64,000 nt of DNA from a virus, in IMG/VR virus record IMGVR_UViG_3300030104_004642, positions 1-64,000 of that record. One strand, written 5' to 3'. Shown one piece after another: positions 54,966 to 64,000 of this stretch. Under the pieces are notes generated by a model that was not told the origin of the DNA, did no database searches, and saw only the letters and a program-made list of their open reading frames with translations. Made by a program: the position numbers and the translations under genes. Numbering within the stretch: the stretch's first letter is position 1; each line of letters begins with the position of its first letter.

Positions 54966-54991
54966 AAAAAAAGGCACCCCTGAGGGTGCCT
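54966..54991 (-). terminator. rho-independent terminator after gp23
   Basis: GGCACCC-TCAG-GGGTGCC followed by a T-run. Confidence 0.8.
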
Positions 54992-55015
54992 GTAAATCCC
55001 AGATATGGGGAAGAA

Positions 55016-56467
55016 TCACATGAGGTTTTTGACCAGGACTCTTCTGTAGTATCTGTTGCTGTTGACTCTGAGTCTTCCCAGACCCTGAGTTGTGCCTTCT
55101 GCAAAGGGGTTGGCAACCAGACCATATCTGGTCTTGAAGCCAATCTTGGGTTGGAAGGTGTTCTCTCCAACTGCACGTACCATCTGCAGGGGTACATAGG
55201 GGCAGTAGAACAGACCTGCATCATAAGGGGAAGAACCCTTATAACCAACAACATAATACTGGTTACCAGAGTTGCTAGCAGAGTTGTTAGCAGCCAGGTT
55301 AGCAGAATAGGGGTCAATGTAAACTCTGAACTTACCATTGATGGTGCCAGCAAAGGTGTTGCCAGTGTCATCAACATTCAGGTTTGCATTCAGGGCAGGG
55401 GTATAATCCAGGATACCAGCCATGGTCAGTGCAGATGCTACATCAGCAGAGCACATGACAATGTTGCCCTTTCCTCTTCTTGTTCTTTGAGCGATTGCAT
55501 TAGCATCTCTCTCAATTTGGAACAGAAGACCCTTGAACTTCTCAACAGACCATCTGCCATTAGAGTCAACATCCAGGTCAAACTGACCAGCAGTTGCTAC
55601 ATTAGAGGCAGCGCCTTGCTCAGCAGACTTGTAGATAGTTCTGATAACTTCTCTGTTGATCTCAGCAAGGATCTCAGTGGAGAGAATGTTAGCAAGTTCT
55701 GCTTCAGCATTCAGGCCATGAATTGCTTTCAGGTCCTGAGCAAGTTCAAGACTGTACTCAGCCTTCAGTGCTCTAGACTTAGCAGTAACAGTGACTTTCT
55801 CAATAGAGAATGCCATCTCATTGAACTGATTGCCTGTGCCATTGCCCAGGTTCTCAGCATCACCAGTTGCCATGCCCTGACCAACTGTGTAACCAGTTGA
55901 AGAGGCAGAACCAACAGGGTTAAGTACAGAAGGATTATCACCATTCTGTGCAGTAGTACCAAGACCAGCAGCGACATCAGCCATGCCACCAGTCAGGTTG
56001 AAGCCATCATCCTGACCAGAGAAGGCAGAATCAACTTCATTGTAGAATGCTTCAGTACCAGATTGATCAGTGTATCTGGAACGCATTGCAAAGATCAGTC
56101 CAGTAGGACCAGACATTGGCTGAACACCAGCCAGATCATATGCAACCAGGTTAGGCATTGCACGTCTGATCAGGGAGATCAGAACAGGGTCAAAACCAGC
56201 AACAGGACCAGCAGCGGTTGCATTAGCACCAAAGCCAGCAGTTGTAGCGGGGTTGCCAGTAGGTTGACCAGCAGCGTTACCACCCATGGTGGGCGTTTCC
56301 ATCAGGTTGATACCCTGACTAAACGCAGCTTCTTCTCTCAGAAACTTTTCTTGGTTTTCCAGCAGGACAGCAGTAACAGCTCTTCTATGGTTATCCTTGA
56401 TACCATCAAGACCTTCATAGTCTAGGAGAGGTGCCCACTTTTCCTGCAGATGTTCAGATTGAAACAT
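55016..56467 (-). CDS. gp23: major capsid protein
   Basis: LLENQE, LISLIRRAMPNL, GVQPMSGPTGLIFAMR, LAQDLKAIHGL, FQPKIGFKTRYG. Confidence 0.98.
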   Translation of the reverse strand: MFQSEHLQEKWAPLLDYEGLDGIKDNHRRAVTAVLLENQEKFLREEAAFSQGINLMETPTMGGNAAGQPTGNPATTAGFGANATAAGPVAGFDPVLISLIRRAMPNLVAYDLAGVQPMSGPTGLIFAMRSRYTDQSGTEAFYNEVDSAFSGQDDGFNLTGGMADVAAGLGTTAQNGDNPSVLNPVGSASSTGYTVGQGMATGDAENLGNGTGNQFNEMAFSIEKVTVTAKSRALKAEYSLELAQDLKAIHGLNAEAELANILSTEILAEINREVIRTIYKSAEQGAASNVATAGQFDLDVDSNGRWSVEKFKGLLFQIERDANAIAQRTRRGKGNIVMCSADVASALTMAGILDYTPALNANLNVDDTGNTFAGTINGKFRVYIDPYSANLAANNSASNSGNQYYVVGYKGSSPYDAGLFYCPYVPLQMVRAVGENTFQPKIGFKTRYGLVANPFAEGTTQGLGRLRVNSNRYYRRVLVKNLM

Positions 56468-56512
56468 TTGCTTTTCCTTAAAATGGATTGTTTACAGTTT
56501 GAATTAATTAAT

Positions 56513-57586
56513 TCAGTTTTGCTTGAAAGCACCCAGAGATCTCAGATAGGTCTCCATGGTGGAAGATGTGGCAGCAGTAGTGCTGTCTACACCCTCAGAA
56601 AGAGTCTGAGTTGAGGTTGCTTTAGCAGCAGGAGTTGATCTAGAGAAGTATGACTCCTTTAGAGTCTCCAACTTTTCACGATATTCGTCTTCACTTTCAA
56701 ACTCTACACTCTCAGCAAGTGAAGCGAGCTTTTCCTTCTGGGTCTCAGCAAGACCTGAGGAAACTTGAGTCAGAACGTCTTGAGCAGAGGACTCAGCGAG
56801 TCTCTTATTCAGACCAATGTTCTTATCAATTTGCTCATTGAGCTTGGTCTCCATGTCATCAAGTTTTTCTACCATGCTTTCCAGCACATCATATTTATCT
56901 TCAGGGATGGTTACATAATGTTCTTCAAAAAGTTCCTTCATGCCTGAGAGGAAACTCTCAGTCATTTCAGATTTAATACCATGTTCTACTGCCAGTTCAT
57001 TCTCAGTCATCCACTCTTCGCAGACATACTCGAGATAGGCATCTACTCTTTCTTGAAGTGAGGTCTTGAGTTCTTCTCTTGCCTCATCAAGTTGAGCAGC
57101 ATATTGTGTTTCCAGGGTTTCCTGGATTTCTTTTACTTTGGAATTTAGAGCAGCTTCAAAGACAACCTTTGCTTTTTCTCTAAACTCCTCAGAGAGTTCT
57201 TCACCACCAAGGAGAGCATTGACATCTTCATCCATGTCATATGCTTCTGTTGTCTCTTCAGATTCAGCAACTACTTCCTCAGTAGTTACTTCCTCTTCTG
57301 CTACAACTTCCTCAGTTGCTTCTGCTTCTTCTTTGGCCATTTTCTGCATACCATCAGCTTTTTTGGCACCCTTGTTGACTACATCAGCCACTGTCTTAAT
57401 CTTGGGTTCTCTGAGTTTAGCAGAATCATCATCTGCCTTATAATTCTCAGGGGTAGGACCACCAAGATCCTCATAGGAACCTGCACCTGATGAATCCATA
57501 GGGTCTCCAGCCTTAGCACCAGAATTAACCGCAGTTTTGGATTGTGCTGTCTTTACTTCCATTTCTTGTAGATCTCCACGAGACAT
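56513..57586 (-). CDS. gp22: prohead core scaffold protein
   Basis: Acidic coiled coil with LSEEF..KA..FEAA and VDAYLEYV..EW. Confidence 0.92.
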   Translation of the reverse strand: MSRGDLQEMEVKTAQSKTAVNSGAKAGDPMDSSGAGSYEDLGGPTPENYKADDDSAKLREPKIKTVADVVNKGAKKADGMQKMAKEEAEATEEVVAEEEVTTEEVVAESEETTEAYDMDEDVNALLGGEELSEEFREKAKVVFEAALNSKVKEIQETLETQYAAQLDEAREELKTSLQERVDAYLEYVCEEWMTENELAVEHGIKSEMTESFLSGMKELFEEHYVTIPEDKYDVLESMVEKLDDMETKLNEQIDKNIGLNKRLAESSAQDVLTQVSSGLAETQKEKLASLAESVEFESEDEYREKLETLKESYFSRSTPAAKATSTQTLSEGVDSTTAATSSTMETYLRSLGAFKQN

Positions 57587-57620
57587 TTGAACTCTCCGAT
57601 TGCCTTTTTTAAACTATATT

Positions 57621-57628
57621 TATTTATA
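57621..57628 (-). promoter_or_regulatory. T4-type late promoter for gp22/gp23
   Basis: TATAAATA. Confidence 0.8.
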
Positions 57629-57645
57629 AATTAAAACCTTTGATA

Positions 57646-58296
57646 TCAAAGGTTATTCAGGAAATAATTAAATACTTCCAGTTTTTTCTCATCCAGTTGC
57701 TTTTGATCAACCAGAGTATTAATCTCTTTGTAGGTTTTGGCAGCAAGTTGTTCCCTAAGGACACCACCATCCCATACCCATTCCTTTCCTTCCATAATAC
57801 CTTCAACAAAGGCATCAGGAGCAGAGGGATCAGCAACAATGTCAGCAGCAGTTGCCAACATGAAGTCATCACCTACAATGTTTACTCCCTCTCTGGTTGG
57901 TTTCAGTGAACCAATACCTCTGGATGAAACACCAAGTTTGACACCTTCTCCAATAAGTGAAGAGGCAATCTTACCCATAGGGGTGCTCAGGAGTTTTGCC
58001 TTACCAATAAAGTTTGAACCACTCTCTTTGAGTGACACAATTTTATGGGATACCCTATCCAGGTTTACAGTTGGTCCTTCTGGATGACCCAGTTCTCCCA
58101 ATGCTCTACCTGCTTGTACGTGGTTTTCATTGTATCTTTGAACTTCCTTTCTCAGGACGCTCATAGGATACATTCTACCATTTCTGTTTTGAAGGTCTCC
58201 CTGTAGGAAGATTCCCTCAATAAACATTGACTTCTTTCCACCAACGCTTTCTACAATGAAGTCAACAGTTTCTATTTCTTCTCTGATTAGTTTCAT
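57646..58296 (-). CDS. gp21: prohead protease
   Basis: IEGIFLQ, NRNGRMY, GELGHP, GVSSRG.GS, ADIVADPSAPDAFV. Confidence 0.96.
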   Translation of the reverse strand: MKLIREEIETVDFIVESVGGKKSMFIEGIFLQGDLQNRNGRMYPMSVLRKEVQRYNENHVQAGRALGELGHPEGPTVNLDRVSHKIVSLKESGSNFIGKAKLLSTPMGKIASSLIGEGVKLGVSSRGIGSLKPTREGVNIVGDDFMLATAADIVADPSAPDAFVEGIMEGKEWVWDGGVLREQLAAKTYKEINTLVDQKQLDEKKLEVFNYFLNNL

Positions 58297-58304
58297 TTGT
58301 GACC

Positions 58305-58859
58305 TCAGGAGACTTGAACTTGTTGGATGAATGCTTTGCCAGTGCTGGCATTTGTAATAACAGAAACTTTCAATGACCTTCTCAATTCAGCATATGGTGT
58401 GTTGAAGGTCTCAGAAACAGAAGAAGAGTTGTTATCAACAACAATCCTTGTACTGAAAAAACCACCAACATCAGAAGATGTATCAATGCTGGTAATTTCT
58501 TTATGAGTAAAATTATATGTTGATGCAGTTCCCTGCACAGTTAGTGAAACAAAGTCACCAACAGCAAAGGGACAACCTGTTCCTTCAGGAAAATCAAGAG
58601 TTGTGGTAGCACCCTTGGTCAAACCAACAACCCTTTGAGCAGCAACAGGTCCCATACTGATTTCTTCAGAACCACCAGAAGTGCCAACATAAATGTTAGA
58701 TGTGGTGGCAGTTGGATTACCTGCTACAGCAACATGACATCCAGCACCCTCAGCAACAACCCTTAGAGTATCAGACTGTTGATTAAATGCTGCTGATGAT
58801 GCAGCAGATGTACTAGTTGCTAGGACCTGCCCAGTTCCAACTGCTTTTAGTGCGCTCAT
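58305..58859 (-). CDS. conserved hypothetical (likely virion) protein
   Basis: 184 aa, beta-rich, in the head module. Confidence 0.7.
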   Translation of the reverse strand: MSALKAVGTGQVLATSTSAASSAAFNQQSDTLRVVAEGAGCHVAVAGNPTATTSNIYVGTSGGSEEISMGPVAAQRVVGLTKGATTTLDFPEGTGCPFAVGDFVSLTVQGTASTYNFTHKEITSIDTSSDVGGFFSTRIVVDNNSSSVSETFNTPYAELRRSLKVSVITNASTGKAFIQQVQVS

Positions 58860-58894
58860 TTTCCTTGAATTACAATGTACCTGTTAATATGTAT

Positions 58895-59125
58895 TTAGAC
58901 CTGTTCTTCTTCTGGTTCAACTTCTGGTTCAACCTCAGATTCAACTTCCTGTTCAACATCCACCTCAGCAGATGCCTCAGTTTCATTATCAAAAATTGAT
59001 TGTGAAATGTGGGGTGTTACAGTAGAAACTTTTTCAGCTGTTTTAGCATATAGCAATTCCTTAATAGCATCACTAATTTGATTAGGTGATTCATCCTTCA
59101 CCAAAAGATCCATTAATTCGTCCAT
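58895..59125 (-). CDS. small acidic prohead core-like protein
   Basis: 76 aa downstream of the portal gene, acidic tail. Confidence 0.65.
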   Translation of the reverse strand: MDELMDLLVKDESPNQISDAIKELLYAKTAEKVSTVTPHISQSIFDNETEASAEVDVEQEVESEVEPEVEPEEEQV

Positions 59126-59160
59126 ATTGTATAGATATTGTATAGGTTACAATGTTTTAT

Positions 59161-60810
59161 TTATATTTCCCCACCCTTGGGTGTTTCAAATTTGGTCTCA
59201 TCAACCTCAGGTGCTTGGGGAGTAGCACCCAATAAACCACCTGTTGTATCACCAGGTGCAGGTGCGATTGGTTGTCCAGTAGCAGGATCAACATCCATCT
59301 GACTTGGATCAGGGATTACACCATCCTTGATTTCCTTCTCAATCAGTGCGTCCTGTTCCTCAATCTCAATATCAGTCTGTCTCAGAATCTTACGTCTTAC
59401 AAAATCATTAGAGTAATACTTACCAACATATGGTTCAGCAAGTGCTGCAAGATTGAGTCTTTCAGTGGTAAGTTCTGCCTCTTTGAGTTCAGCAAAGTGA
59501 TTATCATAGAGGAAGTCATACTGAATATGATCAGACATCTTCTCCCAATCTTCTGGGGTGCAGACATTTTTCAGAAGAAGTTGTGTTTTCAGAAGATCCT
59601 GGAACATATGAGAGAATCTCTTTCTCATTCTTCCAACAAACTTGGAGAACTTGATCTCATCCCTCAGGATCTCTGATGATCTGCCCAGTGAGAAACCACC
59701 CTCTCCCTGAATTCTTGTTTCAGGAACATTCAGGGATCTGTACAACTTCTGTTGAAAGTAGTTGATGTCAGTGATCTCTCCAAGATTCTGACCACCAGGA
59801 AGTGTGGTGATTTCAGTGCCCCTGCCACCCTCTCTTCTTGGCAACCAGAAGTCCTCCATCATGGACATATGCTTCTTATCATCCCTTATCTCACCAGTGT
59901 TGGAGTCATACACCAACTTGTTTCTATAACGCATCATCACATCACGCAGGTATTGCTCTGCTTTTACCTTGGGCAGGTTACCAACATCAATGTAGAAGAT
60001 TCTTCTTTCTGGTGCCCTTGAAAGTCTGTAGATAACAAGAGAGTCCTCAATCATCATCAACTGATTAAGAGGTTTGATTGCTTTGTGCATCCAAGAGAGT
60101 GTTGCTCCCTTGTTTCTATCCACCAGTCCTGAGGTGCAATAGCAGATTGAATCCCTAGTAAGTTTTACACCACCTGCCCTTTGCTGTGTGCCATATCCAG
60201 TCTGCTTACCTCCATCAGTATAGACAAAGTATTCTTCAATAGGTGGGAATTGGAATCCATCATCACCTTGTTTGATGTATATTCCATCACCTTTCTTTTT
60301 GACAATCTGTCTTACATAACGCATCTTAGATGCATCAATGTATCTCAGTTCTTGAATACCATCCTCTGGTTTCTTCTGATCAATGACCTTATTGTAGTAC
60401 AGTCTTCCATCAATATACCAATTCCTGAAAATCTCATGTGCCTTGGTGTCAAAATCAAGGAGATCAAGAATATATCTAAACTCTTCTCTAATTTTTTTCT
60501 TGATGCCATCACTAGCATTTAAATTTGATAGTTCAATCTCAACAGGTGAATCATTAGTATCAGAAACAATTGCTTCATTAACAATATCCTCAATAGCACT
60601 ATCACATTCAGGATACAATGACATGGACCTGTATCTTCTGATCAGATCATTCTCATTCTTATAGATTCCTTCAATATCTACATAAGAGCCAAAAAAACCA
60701 GAGCTAATATAGTTCTCTGACCCATCCTGATTATTGGGGGGTACAGGAGATACTAGCCCTGGTGGTTGCTTCTCAGAATCTTCAATTGAGAAACCAAATA
60801 ATCTTGCCAT
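59161..60810 (-). CDS. gp20: portal vertex protein
   Basis: WYIDGR, IYRLSRAPERRIFYIDVGNLPK, EDFWLPRREGGRGTEITTLPGG. Confidence 0.98.
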   Translation of the reverse strand: MARLFGFSIEDSEKQPPGLVSPVPPNNQDGSENYISSGFFGSYVDIEGIYKNENDLIRRYRSMSLYPECDSAIEDIVNEAIVSDTNDSPVEIELSNLNASDGIKKKIREEFRYILDLLDFDTKAHEIFRNWYIDGRLYYNKVIDQKKPEDGIQELRYIDASKMRYVRQIVKKKGDGIYIKQGDDGFQFPPIEEYFVYTDGGKQTGYGTQQRAGGVKLTRDSICYCTSGLVDRNKGATLSWMHKAIKPLNQLMMIEDSLVIYRLSRAPERRIFYIDVGNLPKVKAEQYLRDVMMRYRNKLVYDSNTGEIRDDKKHMSMMEDFWLPRREGGRGTEITTLPGGQNLGEITDINYFQQKLYRSLNVPETRIQGEGGFSLGRSSEILRDEIKFSKFVGRMRKRFSHMFQDLLKTQLLLKNVCTPEDWEKMSDHIQYDFLYDNHFAELKEAELTTERLNLAALAEPYVGKYYSNDFVRRKILRQTDIEIEEQDALIEKEIKDGVIPDPSQMDVDPATGQPIAPAPGDTTGGLLGATPQAPEVDETKFETPKGGEI

Positions 60811-60859
60811 TATTATATACTAGGAGTCTTGTGCTCCTAGTATTTATTAACTTAAAATA

Positions 60860-61504
60860 TCATGCCAATGTGGGAGTAGCATTTCCATCATCTCTTCCCT
60901 GCTCATTCTTACCAATTCTGAAGTCCTGTACCTGGAAGGTTACAGTGAATTCTTCAATGGTATCAGTGGAATCATAACTCAGGTCAATGGCAGAAACTTC
61001 TGTTGGGAAGATGCCACTGAATTTATATGATCTCAGGATAATCTGCTCTTTGTTATCAGCAGGGTGCTTATCACCATTTCTGTTCTTACCTCTACCCAGT
61101 TGACTTACATAAGCACTAGTCATGTAAGAACTGGGATTAGCAAGACCAGTGCCATGTGAAAGGTCACTGATGGTGTTCATCCAACCTTCAAAAGCAGATC
61201 TCAGGTTGAAATCCTCATCATTGATGATTGTAATGGTCCAAGGTTCAAATGTTCTGTCACCAGCAACTTTCAGGATTCTACCCCTGAAAGGAACTGGAAT
61301 TTCAGCAACAGTTGAAGCAGGAAGCTGAGCAGCCTTGCAAAGGAATCTCAGATCATTCCGTGTTTCTTTTGACCACAAAGTTCCTTTATCTGAGATACCT
61401 GCAGGAAATGATGGAATAGAAACCTCAAATAGGTTGGGGCGGGCGCCCCCACCTTTTAGTCTATTCTTAAAACCTTCAATGTTCTTTGTGTTAATCTTTG
61501 ACAT
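60860..61504 (-). CDS. gp19: tail tube protein
   Basis: GGARPNLFEV, CKAAQLPAS, FRGR.LKVAGDRTF.PW, IEEFTVTF. Confidence 0.95.
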   Translation of the reverse strand: MSKINTKNIEGFKNRLKGGGARPNLFEVSIPSFPAGISDKGTLWSKETRNDLRFLCKAAQLPASTVAEIPVPFRGRILKVAGDRTFEPWTITIINDEDFNLRSAFEGWMNTISDLSHGTGLANPSSYMTSAYVSQLGRGKNRNGDKHPADNKEQIILRSYKFSGIFPTEVSAIDLSYDSTDTIEEFTVTFQVQDFRIGKNEQGRDDGNATPTLA

Positions 61505-61541
61505 GTTTGTTTACCTCTTGGTGTTATTGCTAGAATTATGA

Positions 61542-63752
61542 TCAGGAACCAGTAACTTCAGAGAAGCTAATGCCACCTCTTGTAGCAACAAAGGTAAGAG
61601 TTACAAAGTTGATTGATCTTGCAGGTTGAATGAAGATGTCAGCTCTAAACTCATTATTATCAACAATATCAGGTGTGTTGTTAGTATCATCACAAATAAC
61701 TCTAAAGTCTTCAATACCTCTCTGTGCCTGAATATCAGTCAGGAAAGGTTCAACAATATTGATAAAGTTTGCTCTGGTTGCAGCATCATTGAGTTCAAAC
61801 AGTTGATCATTAGCAGCATCTTCAAGCGCTTGTTCAACAACAAGGAACAGTCTTCTGACATTGATTCTGTCAAAAGCAGACTTGTAACTGAGAGCAGTTT
61901 TATCACCAAACAGAATTGTGCCAGCAGCATTTTGATTTACAACTGGGTTAATTCTATTGCTATAAAGTTGATCTCTCTGTGCTTTGTTGGGGTTGTATGC
62001 CAACTTGACAACATTATTCAGTGTTCCTCTTGCCTGACCAGCAGGTGAGAACCAGGGCAGGAATACAGAATTGTTTCTTGCCATGATACCAGCAATGTCA
62101 CCATTCAGAGGAATAAATCTGAACTCATTGTTGAATCTGTCAAAGACATACTTATAACCACTATCAAATACAGCAAAGGATGATCCTGTAAGTTGTCCAT
62201 AATACTTCAGGACATTATTAGTAGCAGTAGTGGAGTTAGTTACATTAACCACATTTGCTCTATGGGGGGAGATAACTGCCTGACAATCCTTTCTTTGATC
62301 AGCAATAGAAATCAGAAGATTTGCTTTTGCTTGAGTAGAAAGTTCATCATTCATTGAACCACCCATAAGCAGGAAGTCCAGTGCTACCTCATCCTTATTA
62401 TCAAACAGGTTATATCCATTAAGGATGTCACCAAGGGCAGCTGCCATTCCACCAGTAGCAGAATAATCTTGACCACCAGTCAGTGAGTATGAGATATTAC
62501 CAATAAGGTTAAACTTGACATTCTGTGCATTTACACCCCATGCACCATCACCTGCTGTGACAGGAGCAAATCCAGAGGAGAAACCACCAGCAACAGCGTT
62601 TCTTCCATTAGGAACATCTGTGTTGTTACCAGCAGCAGCACCAGCAAAGATATACTGTGAGTTATTTGCCAAGAAGTTCTTATAGTAGTTCTTGACAGGT
62701 GCATTTCCATCCTCTTCAGAATCCTTTGCCTTAGAAAGGAAGAAGTTAGTTTCAAGGATGTTTCCATTGACTCCTGTTACAGCACCCTCATCATCAACAA
62801 CCACTACGTGATAGGCATCACCAGTAGCGTTTCTGGTTGAAGCATAGTTGTTGTCAACAGGCTTGGGAGCAAGAGTCTTCCAGAAGATTGTGCTGTTATC
62901 CAGTGCCAGTTTCTGTTGATCATACCAGTCAACAGATGATACTGTTGTGATTTGAGCACCAACACCAGTGCTACCACCAGTGTTAATACCAGCACTATTA
63001 ACTAAGAAGATACCCTTTGAAGCACCAATGGATTTGAGATCACTTGAACTCTCATAGGTGCAAGCATATTCAGTTCCTGCATCTGTTGTAGCAGCAGAAA
63101 CCTGAGAAATGATCCTAACATCAATTGTGCTCAGTGCATTGGAAGAGGAATCAGTTGAGACACCAGTGATTATTGCTTTCAGATGACCAGCAAATGCTGT
63201 TGTTGTACCAGCACCAGGGACTGCTCCACTGATTGCCATGGTAACACCATGACCAACAACTGCACCAAAGGCAGAAAGGTCAGTGGTGGTAATACCAATA
63301 GTTTGGTCTGCCTGGTTATCAATAGTACAGACTTTTAGTTTATTATTGATTTCTCCTGCCTCTCTTGAAGCAAAGAACCAATCAGAGGCACTGGAATGAT
63401 TTGCCTCATAATCATCATAATTTTTAATTTTAACATCTGTTGCTGCAATTGCTACACCAGCATTTGCATTCTTCAGGTTTGTACCATCAATTCTAACCAC
63501 CTGGAGTGATCCACCATAGGTGAGGAATTCAGATGCAACCATCCAATCCTCATATTGATTATCGTTGTCCTGAGGTCTACCAAAGATCTCAAGCAATTGA
63601 CTCTGATTTGTAATCAGAACAGATTCTTCAATTGGTCCACTTTTAAATGGTGCAGCAATAGCACCAATATTATCAAGAACATTATCAGGTCTACCAACTG
63701 TAAGGTCTACTTCCCTGACCAATACACCTGGAGATAATTGAGGAGTTGCCAT
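61542..63752 (-). CDS. gp18: tail sheath protein
   Basis: LSPGVLVREVDLT, PWFSPAG..RG, FDRINVRRLF, P.RSINF..L.FVATR. Confidence 0.97.
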   Translation of the reverse strand: MATPQLSPGVLVREVDLTVGRPDNVLDNIGAIAAPFKSGPIEESVLITNQSQLLEIFGRPQDNDNQYEDWMVASEFLTYGGSLQVVRIDGTNLKNANAGVAIAATDVKIKNYDDYEANHSSASDWFFASREAGEINNKLKVCTIDNQADQTIGITTTDLSAFGAVVGHGVTMAISGAVPGAGTTTAFAGHLKAIITGVSTDSSSNALSTIDVRIISQVSAATTDAGTEYACTYESSSDLKSIGASKGIFLVNSAGINTGGSTGVGAQITTVSSVDWYDQQKLALDNSTIFWKTLAPKPVDNNYASTRNATGDAYHVVVVDDEGAVTGVNGNILETNFFLSKAKDSEEDGNAPVKNYYKNFLANNSQYIFAGAAAGNNTDVPNGRNAVAGGFSSGFAPVTAGDGAWGVNAQNVKFNLIGNISYSLTGGQDYSATGGMAAALGDILNGYNLFDNKDEVALDFLLMGGSMNDELSTQAKANLLISIADQRKDCQAVISPHRANVVNVTNSTTATNNVLKYYGQLTGSSFAVFDSGYKYVFDRFNNEFRFIPLNGDIAGIMARNNSVFLPWFSPAGQARGTLNNVVKLAYNPNKAQRDQLYSNRINPVVNQNAAGTILFGDKTALSYKSAFDRINVRRLFLVVEQALEDAANDQLFELNDAATRANFINIVEPFLTDIQAQRGIEDFRVICDDTNNTPDIVDNNEFRADIFIQPARSINFVTLTFVATRGGISFSEVTGS

Positions 63753-63834
63753 TAAATTACTCTCCTTAAGTTCTCATTATTGACTGAAATTATTTAGATT
63801 TTTCGAGTGTTTCAGTGGGGAAATAGGAAGTGAA

Positions 63835-64000
63835 CTACCAATCTGGATACTGCCAATCAACAAATGGTGTCTTTTTCTTTCTTGACTCTATGATTCTATT
63901 AATAGTACATCCCTTACATTCATAAGAATAGGAGGACGCCACAGGTCCTCTATCTTTTCTTGTCCTGTAAAAACTATCTACTAAATTCATCTCCTTCTCA
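63835..64000 (-). CDS. C-terminal part of a small Zn-ribbon-like protein (partial)
   Basis: ...NLVDSFYRTRKDRG..SSYSYECKGC...WQYPDW stop; runs off the window edge. Confidence 0.6.
   Translation of the reverse strand, partial: EKEMNLVDSFYRTRKDRGPVASSYSYECKGCTINRIIESRKKKTPFVDWQYPDW

Noticed and set aside
54986-55900. 304 aa plus-strand ORF and other ORFs overlapping gp23
   Set aside because: Antisense or alternative-frame shadows of a strongly codon-biased gene; low-complexity S/V/C translation with no motifs.
1-64000. CRISPR array, stop-codon reassignment, integrase or IS element
   Set aside because: No regularly spaced repeats were seen; TAA, TAG and TGA all terminate full-length core genes; no recombinase or transposase motifs.

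Overview
The window is a segment of a T4-like marine cyanophage (cyanomyovirus) genome, probably infecting Synechococcus or Prochlorococcus, with essentially all real genes on the minus strand. Read in transcription order (right to left) it holds: tail sheath/tube, portal, prohead and capsid genes (gp18, gp19, gp20, gp21, gp22, gp23, gp3); uvsY/uvsW; gp55, gp47, gp46; a VWA-peptidase/cobS pair; gp45, speD, gp44, purS; a Dam-like methylase overlapping an MBD4-like HhH-GPD glycosylase; gp62, regA, psbN, hsp20, gp43, uvsX, gp41, mazG; a nuclease-like/N4C-N6A methylase pair; a cytidyltransferase; primase, nrdAB; four tRNAs and a manA-like RNA; purC and ndhI; a ~10 kb sugar-modification cluster that contains deoD, a HAD nucleotidase and a nucleotidyltransferase and begins with an internally deleted epimerase; then an OMP-like gene, pstS, two hli genes and the start of gnd. 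The most striking unexplained signal is extreme CpG depletion: I found no CG by eye in about 1.8 kb at 5,290-7,080. It co-occurs with an MBD4-like G:T glycosylase and tRNA-Arg(UCU), which suggests a CpG methylation/repair regime. Residual CG is concentrated in short patches of core genes and in structured non-coding elements. All assignments come from motif recognition by eye; no database searches were run.
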